Shown piece after piece: positions 10,181 to 22,207 of a DNA stretch of 42,652 nucleotides (its first letter is position 1; each line of letters begins with the position of its first letter). Below the pieces are notes generated by a model, which made no database searches, had not been told where the DNA came from, and saw only the letters and a list, made by a program, of their open reading frames with translations. This DNA is from Paraspadella gotoi (Eukaryota; Animalia; Chaetognatha): positions 13,292 to 55,943 of the forward strand of contig JBJCIZ010000708.1 in the NCBI GenBank assembly GCA_051294375.1, read 5' to 3'. The position numbers and the translations under genes are program-made.

Positions 10181-10390
10181 GGCAAAGGGGACGTTTCATG
10201 GGACGAGGGAATAAGGAAGGAGAAACTATGATTTCATTAATGAAGCTGCCCTCGGCCCGAATGGTTGTAAAATAATTCTAGCTTAGATTTTACACTGCGC
10301 TTAAATTGTAAATAATTAAATAAACATTTGTTTGCCTCTACTTTCGAACGTGATATTTAATTCGCCAAAGAACAGTGCTATACGGCAAAG
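10034..10390 (+). repeat. 3' LTR
   Basis: CGTCAGCAGATACGAG...TACGGCAAAG, direct copy of 3343-3693, followed by ATAC. Confidence 0.95.
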
Positions 10391-10445
10391 ATACCAATAA
10401 ATAAACCCACGAATTCTGGACAAGAATATAATAGATCTACTTGCT

Positions 10446-10724
10446 TTGGTACAGAATACACACATGTCCCCTCTGACTTTAAAAACCCAAACTGTCTCCA
10501 GCTCAACTCAAACCAATTTCACCCAAGTCTATGCTTCAACTCAGACTGCAAAAGCTAAAGCCAGTTGCAATCAATCTACTCAGACGAAAATTCCTCACTC
10601 AACCTCCTCTTCCCAAACTACCGAAACCGCCATCATTTCTGATTCAGTTTTAACTCAAACCAATGTTGCCAAGACTGATTCTCAAGTGCAGACCGACTTA
10701 CCAACTGTCAAAGACAAGAAATGA
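10446..10724 (+). pseudogene. Fragmentary ORF of tandem TQT/xQT motifs (LC8-binding-like)
   Basis: Seven motifs in 92 aa: LKTQT, SSTQT, ASTQT, QSTQT, SSSQT, VLTQT, QVQT, mostly ~10-13 aa apart and encoded by varied codons. Confidence 0.5.
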
Positions 10725-11035
10725 GAAACAAAATCTAGAAATGAAAGAAATGGACCCTGGAAATAATACATGATCCCTCAAACCTGCGCTAAAAAGATCT
10801 CTATTCCTGAAGAAGAATTGCTATCTTCTCGCCCGCGGAGACTAACGTTCGCGTCGTCCGTCCAAAGAAGTTTTGACAAGAGTTTCTAGAAACGTATATT
10901 TATTACAAGAAACGAAGGCAAAACGCAAGTAAAACACGGTTCAAAAACTCGTAAAAACAGAGTTTGGACAAACGACAAATGTTCATGATTCGGTCACTGA
11001 AACGAATGAAAAATGGTCATTGGTCAAGACTCTCG

Positions 11036-11142
11036 CTAAAAGTTGTCTCTGCCGAAATAAAAATGACTGAAAACAATAAAATAAGGACAAGTTCAAATGT
11101 GGTCAATAGAAAAAGTAAGAGATGAGGCAAAACGTTTCTTCA
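11036..11142 (+). repeat. ~100 bp direct repeat, second copy at 13472-13563
   Basis: CTAAAAGTTGTCTC.GCCGAAA...GAGATGAGGCAAAACGTTTCTTCA in both places; this copy has an extra ~15 bp. Confidence 0.9.
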
Positions 11143-11208
11143 CCCCCATCTGTCAATATTAGGCCTCCCAAAAATATCCCACTTTGGAAAAGTTGTTGGT
11201 TCTTGCAA

Positions 11209-13473
11209 AGTTTCTCATTCCAATTTTATTGATAAAAACGAATATCACAATGAAAATTTCTCAGGTAGAGAATATGGACTTTCCACGCCACTTAATGTGG
11301 CGTACCACTTCCGGTTAAAAAATAACTTGTTTTTAGGAATAAAACGATTTTAAACTTAAATTATTTATTTTATGGTTAATTATACACAGCTGAATGATTA
11401 TTTTACTTTTTATGAATTATAATTTAAATGTAAATTTTTAAAATATTAAATATTTTTATCAATATTACCTCGAAATAAAAAAGACAGGAAATAATCATAT
11501 TTTTGAAAGATTTTTCAAATATTATTCTTTTAAATTAACAATTATTTTACTATTATATTTTTATAAATATGTGTTTAATATTTTTTATTAGTTAACTGAT
11601 CCATAATGACATTAATAAGAACAATTGTGAATAAGGCGATAAGTGGGCTGAAGACTGCATTCAGTAACTTCTATGCCCCCTCAGCAGCCACAGTCCTGGG
11701 CTTGGAACCAGGCTTGAGGGTTTTCCACGCCTCCATAGTGGTCTACGGTCGTCCTCTTGCTTCCACAGGGTCGTTACCAAGTTGAGATTGAACCCGGTAC
11801 TAGTGGTCATGAGCTGGTGGCTTTACTCAATGAGCAACCGGGTCACGACTGAAGGTGTTATGATTATTGGCAGGGTGGATTAGGCCATGCCCGACTACAC
11901 AATTATTAACAATAATTAAAATATTTTGATTAAAAATAAAGTGCAAAATACAAAATAATCTTTGAAGAAGTAAAATAAATTTAAAAAATAGAAAGTTCGT
12001 ATCTTTCTTTCTTTTCATTTTATTATTAATATTAGAGTTCAATGAAAATAAAAATCTCTACAACTTTAACTCTAATAAAAATATAATGATGAAAGATGGA
12101 TAGATGCCTTAACTCACCATAGCCAGTCCAAAACGGCAAGACAGCTATTTTTTAAATGAATAATTTATATAGTTTGTATTGCATTGTCACCAAAAATTGC
12201 GAGCGGACATCGCGATAAATGATTATAGAGAATCGATGCTTCCTAGACAACTAATTCTTGTGCTAACTCAGCACTAAAACTATCGTTACGTAGATATAGC
12301 GCCAAGGAAACGAGGCCCCTGGATCTAAGGCCCAATGACGATTGTAACGTCTCACAGCAGACCTAAGGTCCAGACTACAAGGTCATGTAGCAAGTATAAG
12401 TAATTGTACTACTGACTGTATTAGAAGTCTGGGCAAAATAATATATTCTGGCAACTTGAGTAAACCTCGGTTATCAAAGAATCCTTTCACCGAACTACAG
12501 TAAAGCCTCAGTCGTCTTCGTTTCCTTACATTGTAAAGTTTCTCTCATTCGAATTTCAAGCCAGTAACGAAAACAATGTTTTTCTCCTTTTTAATTGTAT
12601 TGTTATCAACTACATTTTTAACCTTCCAATAATATCGTCATATATAAAATTCGGCATTAAATATGAAAATAAATATTTTTCTTAATTGAATCTTAAAGAC
12701 ATAATATCAACTGTGAAGGTTTAAAGGTAACTTTGAGGACACCGATATTACTAACTTATAAAATTAATGACATAATATAGATTATTAAATTATGCTAAAC
12801 TCGTTTCTTTTCCCCTATCGTTTGAATTATCTTATTTAAAAAATATGGGTGCATATAATTTTTTTATTACCATCATAATTTGTGAGAAGCACAATTTAAT
12901 TTATTCCAAAGTTTTACCCAAATTTTTTGCGAGACTGTTTCTCTCCCTCAATTTTATCCCTCTTTTACTGGATTTGAAAGCCTTTAAATCTTGAAATAAA
13001 ATTTTTTAGCATAATTTTACTTTCGCAAAGCTGGGTTAGGGGAGGTTTAGGGTTATGGGTGGTTTATAAGTGGTTATGGTTAAGACGGTTTAAGGTTAAG
13101 GTAATTTTTTTAAAAGTAGATTTTTAAGTGGTTTTTCCAAAGGCCAAAACATCAGTTAGTGAAAGTTTTTACCCATAATTTTGTCAAAAGCCAGCATTTA
13201 TATATAAAGCTTTTTTAATTGTTATCCTTTGACATACAAAATGTAATTTATAAAGCAAAACCAAATAATTAGGTATTAAGATTATAAGTAACTGTATTTT
13301 GATTAATTACTAAGTGTGCTGGCTCAATAATTGCTTGCTTCTTTTAAAAATTCTTATCTTTTTTCAACCGGAAGTGGTTTGCGCAAAAAGTGGCGCGAAA
13401 GTCCATATAGCGCATCCGGAGAAATTTTTAATGGTGATATTCGTTTTCTCCACCTATATTGGAATGAGAAACT
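11209..13473. mobile_element. Non-autonomous TIR element with ~120 bp imperfect TIRs
   Basis: AGTTTCTCATTCCAAT...ACCACTTCCGGTT (11209-11316) is the reverse complement of AACCGGAAGTGGT...ATTGGAATGAGAAACT (13366-13473). No clear TSD. Confidence 0.75.
11635..11843 (-). mobile_element. Putative tRNA-derived SINE
   Basis: Minus strand has A-box-like TTGCTCATTGAG and B-box-like GGTTCAATCTC. A diverged related sequence lies at 30351-30520 (+). Confidence 0.4.
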
Positions 13474-13837
13474 AAAAGTTGTCTCAGCCGAAAACAATAA
13501 AATAAGGACGAGTTCAAATGTGGTCAATAGAAAAAGTAAGAGATGAGGCAAAACGTTTCTTCAATTCCCCTCATCGATGTTTTCCTCAAGACCAAAGAAG
13601 GCAACCAGCTTTGAAAAACAAAAAAAAAACTTACCCTAAACTGATGGAAATAGACTTACAACCATGGTTGCGTCAAAAGTTTGCCGCACTTTGGCTCAGA
13701 CTTTACCATTATCATTTTTTAAAGAATCAATATCAGTCATGGTATAGTGGCATAACTTGTCAGTGACTGACATAATCTTTTTAAAAATAAACTTTTAATG
13801 GAAATGGAAATCTAAGTGTTAGCATGAGACTTCTCGC

Positions 13838-14955
13838 TTTTCAGTCAGATCTGCTTTCAGCAGATCCCAACTTTATAACTTTGTCGGTCCGTCGGTCCGC
13901 CCCTCAATCTTGTCGGGCATTCACTTACAGAAGGCTTCATATTATAAAATGTGGTACTCTTTTTTGTGACCAGAATCTGTTCCCACCAAAGTACTCAATC
14001 GAATTTTATGAAATTTTACATATACAGTCCTAATGACGATATAATGGAACTACCGAGGCGAATTTTGATATTCAACCCCTGACAAAAGATACAGGGTATG
14101 GGGCTTTTTTTTAATTTTAATATTTTTTAGTAGCATCAGGTGCATTGATGTCTTAAACATGTAAAAAAAACATTTTAGAACTAAAATTGATAAATTTTTA
14201 ATAATTAAGCATTGTTTGAAGATGCAAGGTTCATCGTTTTACTTCCAATTCTATATTCTATTCCAAACCTGACTTGAACAGCTGATGTTCATGAGATGAA
14301 ATTAAGGTAAACTAACATTTTTGAGGTAATAAATAGGTTTTTGTTTAAGAGTAAACGTCTGTGCAACTGTAAAAAATTTTTGACCATTTTTTGGCCCAAT
14401 GGGTGACCCCCAGAGGGCCCATATCTCGGCTCAGGGGTCAATTATTGAAATTCGCCTCGATATTTCTATTTGTATTCACATAGGTATCGTTCATTCCAAA
14501 TTTCAATAATATTTGGTCCAAATGTTATCTTCGGAACGTGTTCTGGTCACAAAAAGGGGTACCCACATTTTATAATATGTCAGAACATCGAATTATGATA
14601 AATTATGCAAAAAAAATGATGTCCGCTCCATCCGTCTGTCCATCCCACCTTAGCAAAATGCTCCAATAACTTGTGATTGGGTGGTTGGATTGGAATGAAA
14701 TTTTGTGTGTGGGTAGGAAAGTGTGTGATGAAATAAAGTTTTGATGGAATCGTGCGAGTGGAAATGAGTTTAAATGAAAAAACATAAGTCGCATTTATTA
14801 AAATCTTTTTACTTATTTTAATCAATAATTACTCAAATTAATCATAATTGAATAAATAGATTGAGATGAAATTTTGGGTACGGGTAGGAAAGTGTGTGAA
14901 GAAGCTAGATATAAAGTTTTGACGGAATCGTGCCAGTGGAAATGAGTTTAAGACA
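13838..14955 (+). mobile_element. HINE-like family A copy interrupted by a MITE
   Basis: TTTTCAGTCAGATCTGCTTTCAGCAGATCCCAAC 5' inverted-repeat end, GTCC/GTCT microsatellite and shared internal core. Confidence 0.65.
13938..14579. mobile_element. MITE (~640 bp), possibly Tc1/mariner-related
   Basis: TIRs CATATTATAAAATGTGG...TTTTTGTGACCAGAA and TTCTGGTCACAAAAA...CCACATTTTATAATATG. Inner inverted block GAGGCGAATTT / AAATTCGCCTC. Confidence 0.75.
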
Positions 14956-15180
14956 CGATGCAAATTATTGTGGCGGAGAATATGCAGAAATATAAAAAAT
15001 TCGGTGACTATAAATCTTGCCTTTGAAGGGGTTGTCTGAAACATCATGTTTTTTTAGATATCTTTTGTTATAACAAGAAAAAAATTTGGGTACGGACTTC
15101 TCATGCTATAATTTGTCCCCTACTTTCAATTAAGTGGTTCAGAAAAAACAGTTTTAATGTGGCAACAAATTTTTTTGACA

Positions 15181-15222
15181 AGTCGGACATGTTTCGACTC
15201 TTACAAAGTCTTCATCAGCAAG
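15181..15222 (-). ncRNA. Minimal type I hammerhead ribozyme in Penelope pLTR
   Basis: CTGATGA-A-GACT(TTGTAAG)AGTC-GAAA-CATGTC, with palindromic stem III ACATGT; stem I is short. Confidence 0.75.
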
Positions 15223-16014
15223 TGATTTTACAACAATTTTCTCTGTGAAAGTTGAGTTTAGTGAGAGAGAGAGATTCCAACAAAGAATTGAGTGAGAGAT
15301 AGTGGTCAGATGTGAGGACAGTTCAAGGTAAGGACAGGGGAAGGAGAAGTAAGATAGTGAAAATGAAAAGAGAGAGAGAGACAAATGAAATTAATACATT
15401 TAGTACAACAGATAAAAATAAGAATAAATAAGTAAACTTAAAGATTAACTAAGTAATACTACTATTAATAACAGTGAAAATAAATTAGTAAAATGAAGTG
15501 AAATTGAAATAGAAGAATAAGTGGTGAGGGATAGGTAAGTAAAGAGTTAGTGAAGGTATGTAAAAGAAAGAGCTCAAAAATGAGCTGCCCCCCCCCAGCC
15601 GGGCAAATGGAGGACGTTGACGATAAGATCGGGTCATTGGCCTGTCATAGGTTGAGAGGATATATTTGTAGAGCGAGACATTCTGGGGTCTGGTAAGGTT
15701 CCACTTGGAAAAATGCCAAGTGCCACTCGTATATCTCTTTGGCCTGATAAGCCTGCCAACGGCCCTCCTCTCACCTGATGGTGAGGCAGGCAGTTGCCTG
15801 TTCTTGCCTGTTTTGATACAAGAGACACAGACTCCTCTCCCTCCTCCTGCAGCCGTTGTTTTGGGCAACGCTCGGTGCGAAGAGAGTCGTACCGAGTTGC
15901 TACAGGCTCGAGAGGTATCGGACATCCATTGCCTGCTGAGAGGCCTCCGCCTGGCCCATTGAGTAGGGACAGGGGAATCATTGTGCGGTTGGGGTGGCTC
16001 TGGGCGTTCCACCA

Positions 16015-16905
16015 CCATTTTGATAAGCGAATCATAGCTTGGAGGGAGTTCGAATCGTCCTCCATCACGGTTCAGAGAGGGCTCGAGGGCTTTGATGTAA
16101 ATTGCCTCTCTAATACCTCTTGAAAACCAGTTTTGGTCATGGCACAGCACGAGACAGTCAGTCTCTCTAAACAGATGGCCTGATGATGCCATGTGCTTGG
16201 CAATAGCCGATAGAAAGTGACCACGTGAGTCACGAAAGGCTTTGTTAATTTGTATCTGGCTTAAACCGATCTGCTAGAGATTTGCCTGTCTCGCCCACGT
16301 ATGCTGCTGTGCAGGGTTGGTTGCCCGCGCCGGCACAGGCCGCCCAAGTAGACGGCTCCTGATGTTTTCGTCGTTCTGACATGCTGAGAGACCGCTTCTG
16401 AGTGGAGATCCCCTGCTTTGCTAGCACCCGCACCAGAAGCTTCAGTGATCCCCTGGTGGTAGGGGAGGGAGACAGACCCACGTTTCTTGAGGGCGCTTCT
16501 GCTTCATCTCCCACGAGGCTGTGGTGGCGCGTGGTCCTTCAGCAGCAAGGCCTCGTTCGTCCTTGGGGGGCCGGAGGTTGAACCTGCGTTAGCGCTACTT
16601 GGGCGAGCCCCTTGGTGGCCACTGCCTCAGCAGGTTCAGCCGAACCTTGCCTTCTCGAATACCCACAAGAGGGTAACCATTGACGCCAGGGCTCTTTTAC
16701 ATGCTCAAGCTCGGCGGCTGGAGCTCGGGGGTCGACGGAAATCAAAAGAGCTCTTTGTAAGGGACCTGACCGTGGCGGAGCTTGTGCGACAGGGAGCTTG
16801 CGAATGCGAAGGGAATGTATTGATCAGTGTGCGTTGTTGTTGCGAGATAAGAATTCCAAGAGCCGCCCTCTTGGCGTTTCAAGCACATCGAGCATTGGAT
16901 TTCGC
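16015..16905 (-). pseudogene. Penelope RT C-terminus plus GIY-YIG endonuclease, frameshifted
   Basis: Fragments read MLDV...THTDQYIPF...HK...TVRSLTKR...NGYP, C....PC..AYVGETG..LADRF, and GH.F...R.IREAIYI...PSLNRDGG..L...YD. Confidence 0.88.
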
Positions 16906-17304
16906 ATCATTTTGAGCTCTTCTTTTTACTTACTTTCATAACTCTTTACTTAACCTATCCTCTACCACTTATTCTTCCATTTCAATTTCCATTCATTTTA
17001 CTAATTTATTTTCACTGTTGTTAATAGTAGTATACTTAGTTAATCTTTAAGTTTACTTATTTATTCTTATTTTCTCTGTTGTACATTACTAAATGTATTA
17101 ATTTCATTTGTCTCTCTCTCTCTCTCCTCTTTCATTTTCACAATCTTTTACTTCGTCCTACTCACCTGTCCCTGACCTTGCACTTCCAACACTCTGGACA
17201 TCACGTCCCATACCTCTCACTCACATTCTTTGTTGAGATCTCATCTCCCTCTCTCTCTCTCTCATTACTCAAACCACTTTCACAGAGAAATTGTTGTGAA
17301 TACA

Positions 17305-17350
17305 CTTGCTGATGAAGACTCTAATCTATAGAGTCGAAAACATGTCCGAC
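17305..17350 (+). ncRNA. Minimal hammerhead ribozyme in the inverted pLTR
   Basis: CTGATGA-A-GACTCTA(ATCTA)TAGAGTC-GAAAA-CATGTC, 7-bp stem II; one extra A in the GAAA box. Confidence 0.7.
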
Positions 17351-20300
17351 TTACTTGTCAAAAAAATTCGTTGCCAACATTAAAACTGTTTTTCTAAATG
17401 CTAACAACGGAAATCATGAAAAGGCGGAGTACGATATCATAATTAAGTGAGTATCAAATTTTTTAAGCTAGTATATAAATAATAAAAAATATAGCTAATT
17501 ATTTTTAAAAATTGACTGTACTTAAAAAAAATTATATTCTACTTTTGTATTATAATTTGATAAGATGTTAATCCGGTCATTTACAGTTTATAAAGAAAAC
17601 CATTTCAATACTATTTAGATTTTTAATTTTTTTCTTTCAATCAGTCAATGAAGATGTTTTTTATCCCTGAAAGTAAATTTATTTTTTTAATTCTAAATAT
17701 TATGACAGAAAAAATTTATTTCATTTTATGTGTGAATGAAAAAATAAAGGTTGGGGCAAACTTAAACATAGTTAATTAATATTAAAAATTAATTCACGTG
17801 AAAAAACCAAATAAGAAATTTGAATCAATCTAAATTGCTTAAAAGTTTTAAAGCCTCTCTGTAAAAGAAAAAAAAGATACAAAAATAAAGAAAAAAGAGA
17901 ATGAAAGGATATAAAAAGTATAAAAAACAAAAAATAATATCATTATTGGTTTTTATGGAATATGCTTACAATTTGAATGTCTATATGTCTGTCATTATCT
18001 ACAAAGCATAAGCTTTAATTTGAAACCACTCCCAACTTTCTATTACTTTTCGCTATTGAAATATAAGTAAAAATTAAAAAAAATTTTTTTTAAAAAGATT
18101 AATCAATTAGTACCATTGAACANNNNNNNNNNNNNNNNNNNNNNNNNNNNNNNNNNNNNNNNNNNNNNNNNNNNNNNNNNNNNNNNNNNNNNNNNNNNNN
18201 NNNNNNNNNNNNNNNNNNNNNNNNNNNNNNNNNNNNNNNNNNNNNNNNNNNNNNNNNNNNNNNNNNNNNNNNNNNNNNNNNNNNNNNNNNNNNNNNNNNN
18301 NNNNNNNNNNNNNNNNNNNNNNNNNNNNNNNNNNNNNNNNNNNNNNNNNNNNNNNNNNNNNNNNNNNNNNNNNNNNNNNNNNNNNNNNNNNNNNNNNNNN
18401 NNNNNNNNNNNNNNNNNNNNNNNNNNNNNNNNNNNNNNNNNNNNNNNNNNNNNNNNNNNNNNNNNNNNNNNNNNNNNNNNNNNNNNNNNNCATATTTTTC
18501 TTAAAAAAATAAAATTAATTATCTGTATTACTTATTTTTTTAAATAAATTTATATCAATTTTTTTTAAAATTTGTTTTTAGGGCTTAATAAGTAGAAATG
18601 CATTTTGAGAACCTATTTGTACTTTTATTTTTATTTATATAAATTATAAATAATTAATTATAATTAATTATATAAATTTATTATAAAAAATAAATAATAC
18701 AGATAAGTAATTTTATTTTTTAAAGAAAAATATGTGATATTTAATTAAAACTTAATCTCAAATAAAATAACAGATAAATAAAAGTTGAGCACTTTAATTC
18801 AAAATCATATCCAGCTTTAAAAAGTAATTATATAATTTATTACTTATCAAAAAAAAAATTTTATTCATAAAATTATATTATAATAATAACTCAATATTTG
18901 ATATATATTATTAATAGACAAATGTGTAAAAATATTAACAAACATAATGCTTTAACTTTTAATACTTAATAAGAGTATATATTAATATTTTTCAAAATAT
19001 TTTTTTCATTTTTAAAATTTTTTATATTAAAATTATTATTAATTAAAAAAAAATTTTTTTTGAAGCTTAATAAGTAGAACTGTATTTTAATAAAATATTT
19101 GTATTTTTATTTTTAAGAAATAATTTGTTCAATGGTACTAATTGATTAATCTTTTAAAAAAAAAATTAATTTTTACTTATATTTCAATAGCGAAANNNNN
19201 NNNNNNNNNNNNNNNNNNNNNNNNNNNNNNNNNNNNNNNNNNNNNNNNNNNNNNNNNNNNNNNNNNNNNNNNNNNNNNNNNNNNNNNNNNNNNNNNNNNN
19301 NNNNNNNNNNNNNNNNNNNNNNNNNNNNNNNNNNNNNNNNNNNNNNNNNNNNNNNNNNNNNNNNNNNNNNNNNNNNNNNNNNNNNNNNNNNNNNNNNNNN
19401 NNNNNNNNNNNNNNNNNNNNNNNNNNNNNNNNNNNNNNNNNNNNNNNNNNNNNNNNNNNNNNNNNNNNNNNNNNNNNNNNNNNNNNNNNNNNNNNNNNNN
19501 NNNNNNNNNNNNNNNNNNNNNNNNNNNNNNNNNNNNNNNNNNNNNNNNNNNNNNNNNNNNNNNNNNNNNNNNNNNNNNNNNNNNNNNNNNNNNNNNNNNN
19601 NNNNNNNNNNNNNNNNNNNNNNNNNNNNNNNNNNNNNNNNNNNNNNNNNNNNNNNNNNNNNNNNNNNNNNNNNNNNNNNNNNNNNNNNNNNNNNNNNNNN
19701 NNNNNNNNNNNNNNNNNNNNNNNNNNNNNNNNNNNNNNNNNNNNNNNNNNNNNNNNNNNNNNNNNNNNNNNNNNNNNNNNNNNNNNNNNNNNNNNNNNNN
19801 NNNNNNNNNNNNNNNNNNNNNNNNNNNNNNNNNNNNNNNNNNNNNNNNNNNNNNNNNNNNNNNNNNNNNNNNNNNNNNNNNNNNNNNNNNNNNNNNNNNN
19901 NNNNNNNNNNNNNNNNNNNNNNNNNNNNNNNNNNNNNNNNNNNNNNNNNNNNNNNNNNNNNNNNNNNNNNNNNNNNNNNNNNNNNNNNNNNNNNNNNNNN
20001 NNNNNNNNNNNNNNNNNNNNNNNNNNNNNNNNNNNNNTATATTTTCTTATATCAACTTTTAACGATTAATCTGAATCTGTTCACAAAATTTAAAAAAAAA
20101 CATTTTAAAATTTTAACATTATATAAGGGTAGNNNNNNNNNNNNNNNNNNNNNNNNNNNNNNNNNNNNNNNNNNNNNNNNNNNNNNNNNNNNNNNNNNNN
20201 NNNNNNNNNNNNNNNNNNNNNNNNNNNNNNNNNNNNNNNNNNNNNNNNNNNNNNNNNNNNNNNNNNNNNNNNNNNNNNNNNNNNNNNNNNNNNNNNNNNN

Positions 20301-21392
20301 NNNNNNNNNNNNNNNNNNNNNNNNNNNNNNNNNNNNNNNNNNNNNNNNNNNNNNNNNNNNNNNNNNNNNNNNNNNNNNNNNNNNNNNNNNTATATAACTG
20401 CTAAATTTTGATTCCAAACCTTCACTTCACACTCCTCTCTCTCCCTCCCCCTTTTATATTTTTCCTCCACTTTTCCTTATCTCCTGACTTTTTCCCATTT
20501 TACTCTCCCTATTTGTCTCTTTACAGATCTATATAACTAAAATTCTATCCTAAAAAGTACTTACAACAACTATAAAAAAAACGAGAGAAAAATCGATATG
20601 ACCTATGCTCATTGAAAATTTTATTTTTCCTTTAAATTACAAGTTATAAAAAAAAAATCAGATTGTAGCAAAATCAAATAGCTATAAGCTATTTTTTTTT
20701 TTGAAAATGCAAAATTCGTACCCTATTTCCAGATCTAAAATTCTCAATGCTCAAAATCTTTTTTTCCAAATTTTTTTTTTCTTATTATGGTATAGAAGTT
20801 GTAGTCTGAACAGTTTCAAAATATACACACATGATTGCAATATCATAACCTAACTCAAAATGTCTTCCTTATTCTTTACTGCAATACATAAGAAACACAG
20901 TAAAAAAAGAAAGTCAAATCTTGAAAAAGTGAAAAAAAAATTAGTCATTTTAGTTTTCAAACTGATTGATCTAAAACTTATCGTTTTTTTAATTCGAAAT
21001 TATCAAATAATGGATCAGACAGTAATATCTTTGGTCTCAGCTATCATTTGGTAGATTTTTTTTGGAGATTTTTACCACCTCGAGTCTACTTTTAAATTGA
21101 CTTTTTACTTATTTTTCTTTTTGGTAGATAAGTGAGGGTTATGATAAAAGTAACAGGAGGTTTGGGTATAAATGCTAAAAATTTGCATATGGGTACGTTT
21201 CGGCCCACGCTAACTTGATCGTGTCTTAAATGGAAAAAACATAAGTCACATTTACTTGAATCTTTATTATTTATGATTACTAATAAATGTTTAATTAATT
21301 AATTAAGGTGAAATTAATTTTAAAAAATTATGCAAGTTGAAAAAAAGATGCTAGTAAAAAAAAGCTGCAAGTTAAAAAAATGATGCAAGTTG

Positions 21393-22155
21393 AAACAAGT
21401 TTGAGCTAACAATGTCGGATCTGCCCACCATTATTATCGATAATTAATTAATTAATTAATAATCAATTAATAATTAATTTAAGTTAATTATTTAATTAGT
21501 TGATTATAATTTATTCAAGTAAATTATTTAATTATTTAAGTAAATTAATTAATTTGATCCGAAATGTTTGTTTTGATTGATTAATTGACTGATTAATTAT
21601 TTGATTAATTAATACATCTTGCATTTACATTTAAAATAAAAAGAAAAAGAAGCATAATCAATTAGTGAAACAGGTTCTTTGTTTTTTCCATTTAAACTCA
21701 TTTCCACTCAAACGATTCCATCGAAACTTGATTTCCAGTTTAATCACACACTTTTCTACCCAAATACAAAATTTCTAGTCAATCGCCCTACCTAATCTAA
21801 TCTAATCCAATGAGTAATTGGTGTTCAAATAGTGAAATATATTTTTTTGTTTTTTCCATTTAAACTCCCTTTCCACTCGGACGATTCCATCGAAACTTCA
21901 TATCCAGCTCAATCACACACTTCCCTCCCACACACAAAATTTCATTCCAATTCATCCATCCAATCACGAGTAATTGGTGTTTTTTTGCTAAGTGGGACGG
22001 ACGGACGGACATCGTTTTTTTTGCAATAATTTATCATAATTCGATGTTCTGACATGATATAAGTGAATGACCGACAAGATTGAGGGGGCGGACCGACGGA
22101 CCAACAAATTGAATTATAGAGTCGGGATCTGCTGAAAGGCAGATCCGACTAAAAA
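21393..22155 (-). mobile_element. HINE-like family A, apparently full length
   Basis: On the minus strand: 5' TTTTTAGTCGGATCTGCC-TTTC-AGCAGATCCCGAC, GTCC repeats, 3' GGCAGATCCGAC, hairpin and CTTGTTT end, i.e. DINE-1-type architecture. Confidence 0.75.
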
Positions 22156-22207
22156 TGATACGAATTGTAAAAATGATGCGAGTTAAAAATTTTTTTTAAA
22201 AAATATT

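Larger units (their letters stand above)
3343..10390 (+). mobile_element. Ty3/Gypsy-type LTR retroelement, non-autonomous (gag, protease, integrase C-terminus, env; no RT, RNase H or integrase core)
   Basis: Two ~350 bp direct LTRs, PBS, PPT, 4-bp TSD ATAC (3339-3342 and 10391-10394). Gag-like ORF, DTG protease motif, GPY/F-like motif and glycoprotein ORF. Confidence 0.93.
15141..17396 (-). mobile_element. Penelope-like retroelement, 5'-truncated, with inverted pLTR
   Basis: The 3' pLTR (15141-15581) is repeated in inverted orientation at 16909-17396, the typical Penelope insertion structure. RT C-terminus and GIY-YIG remnants lie between. Confidence 0.9.

Noticed and set aside
12185-12530. 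Possible solo LTR (TGT...TTACA)
   Set aside because: No matching TSD for either candidate start (12185 or 12343).
18040-19195. Inverted repeat flanking an N gap, plus an AT-rich palindrome at 18491-18734
   Set aside because: The arms end at gap edges and are low complexity, so an assembly artefact cannot be excluded.
18107-20470. Long ORFs of X residues (also 36536-37183 and 38489-39029)
   Set aside because: Artefacts of translating N gaps.
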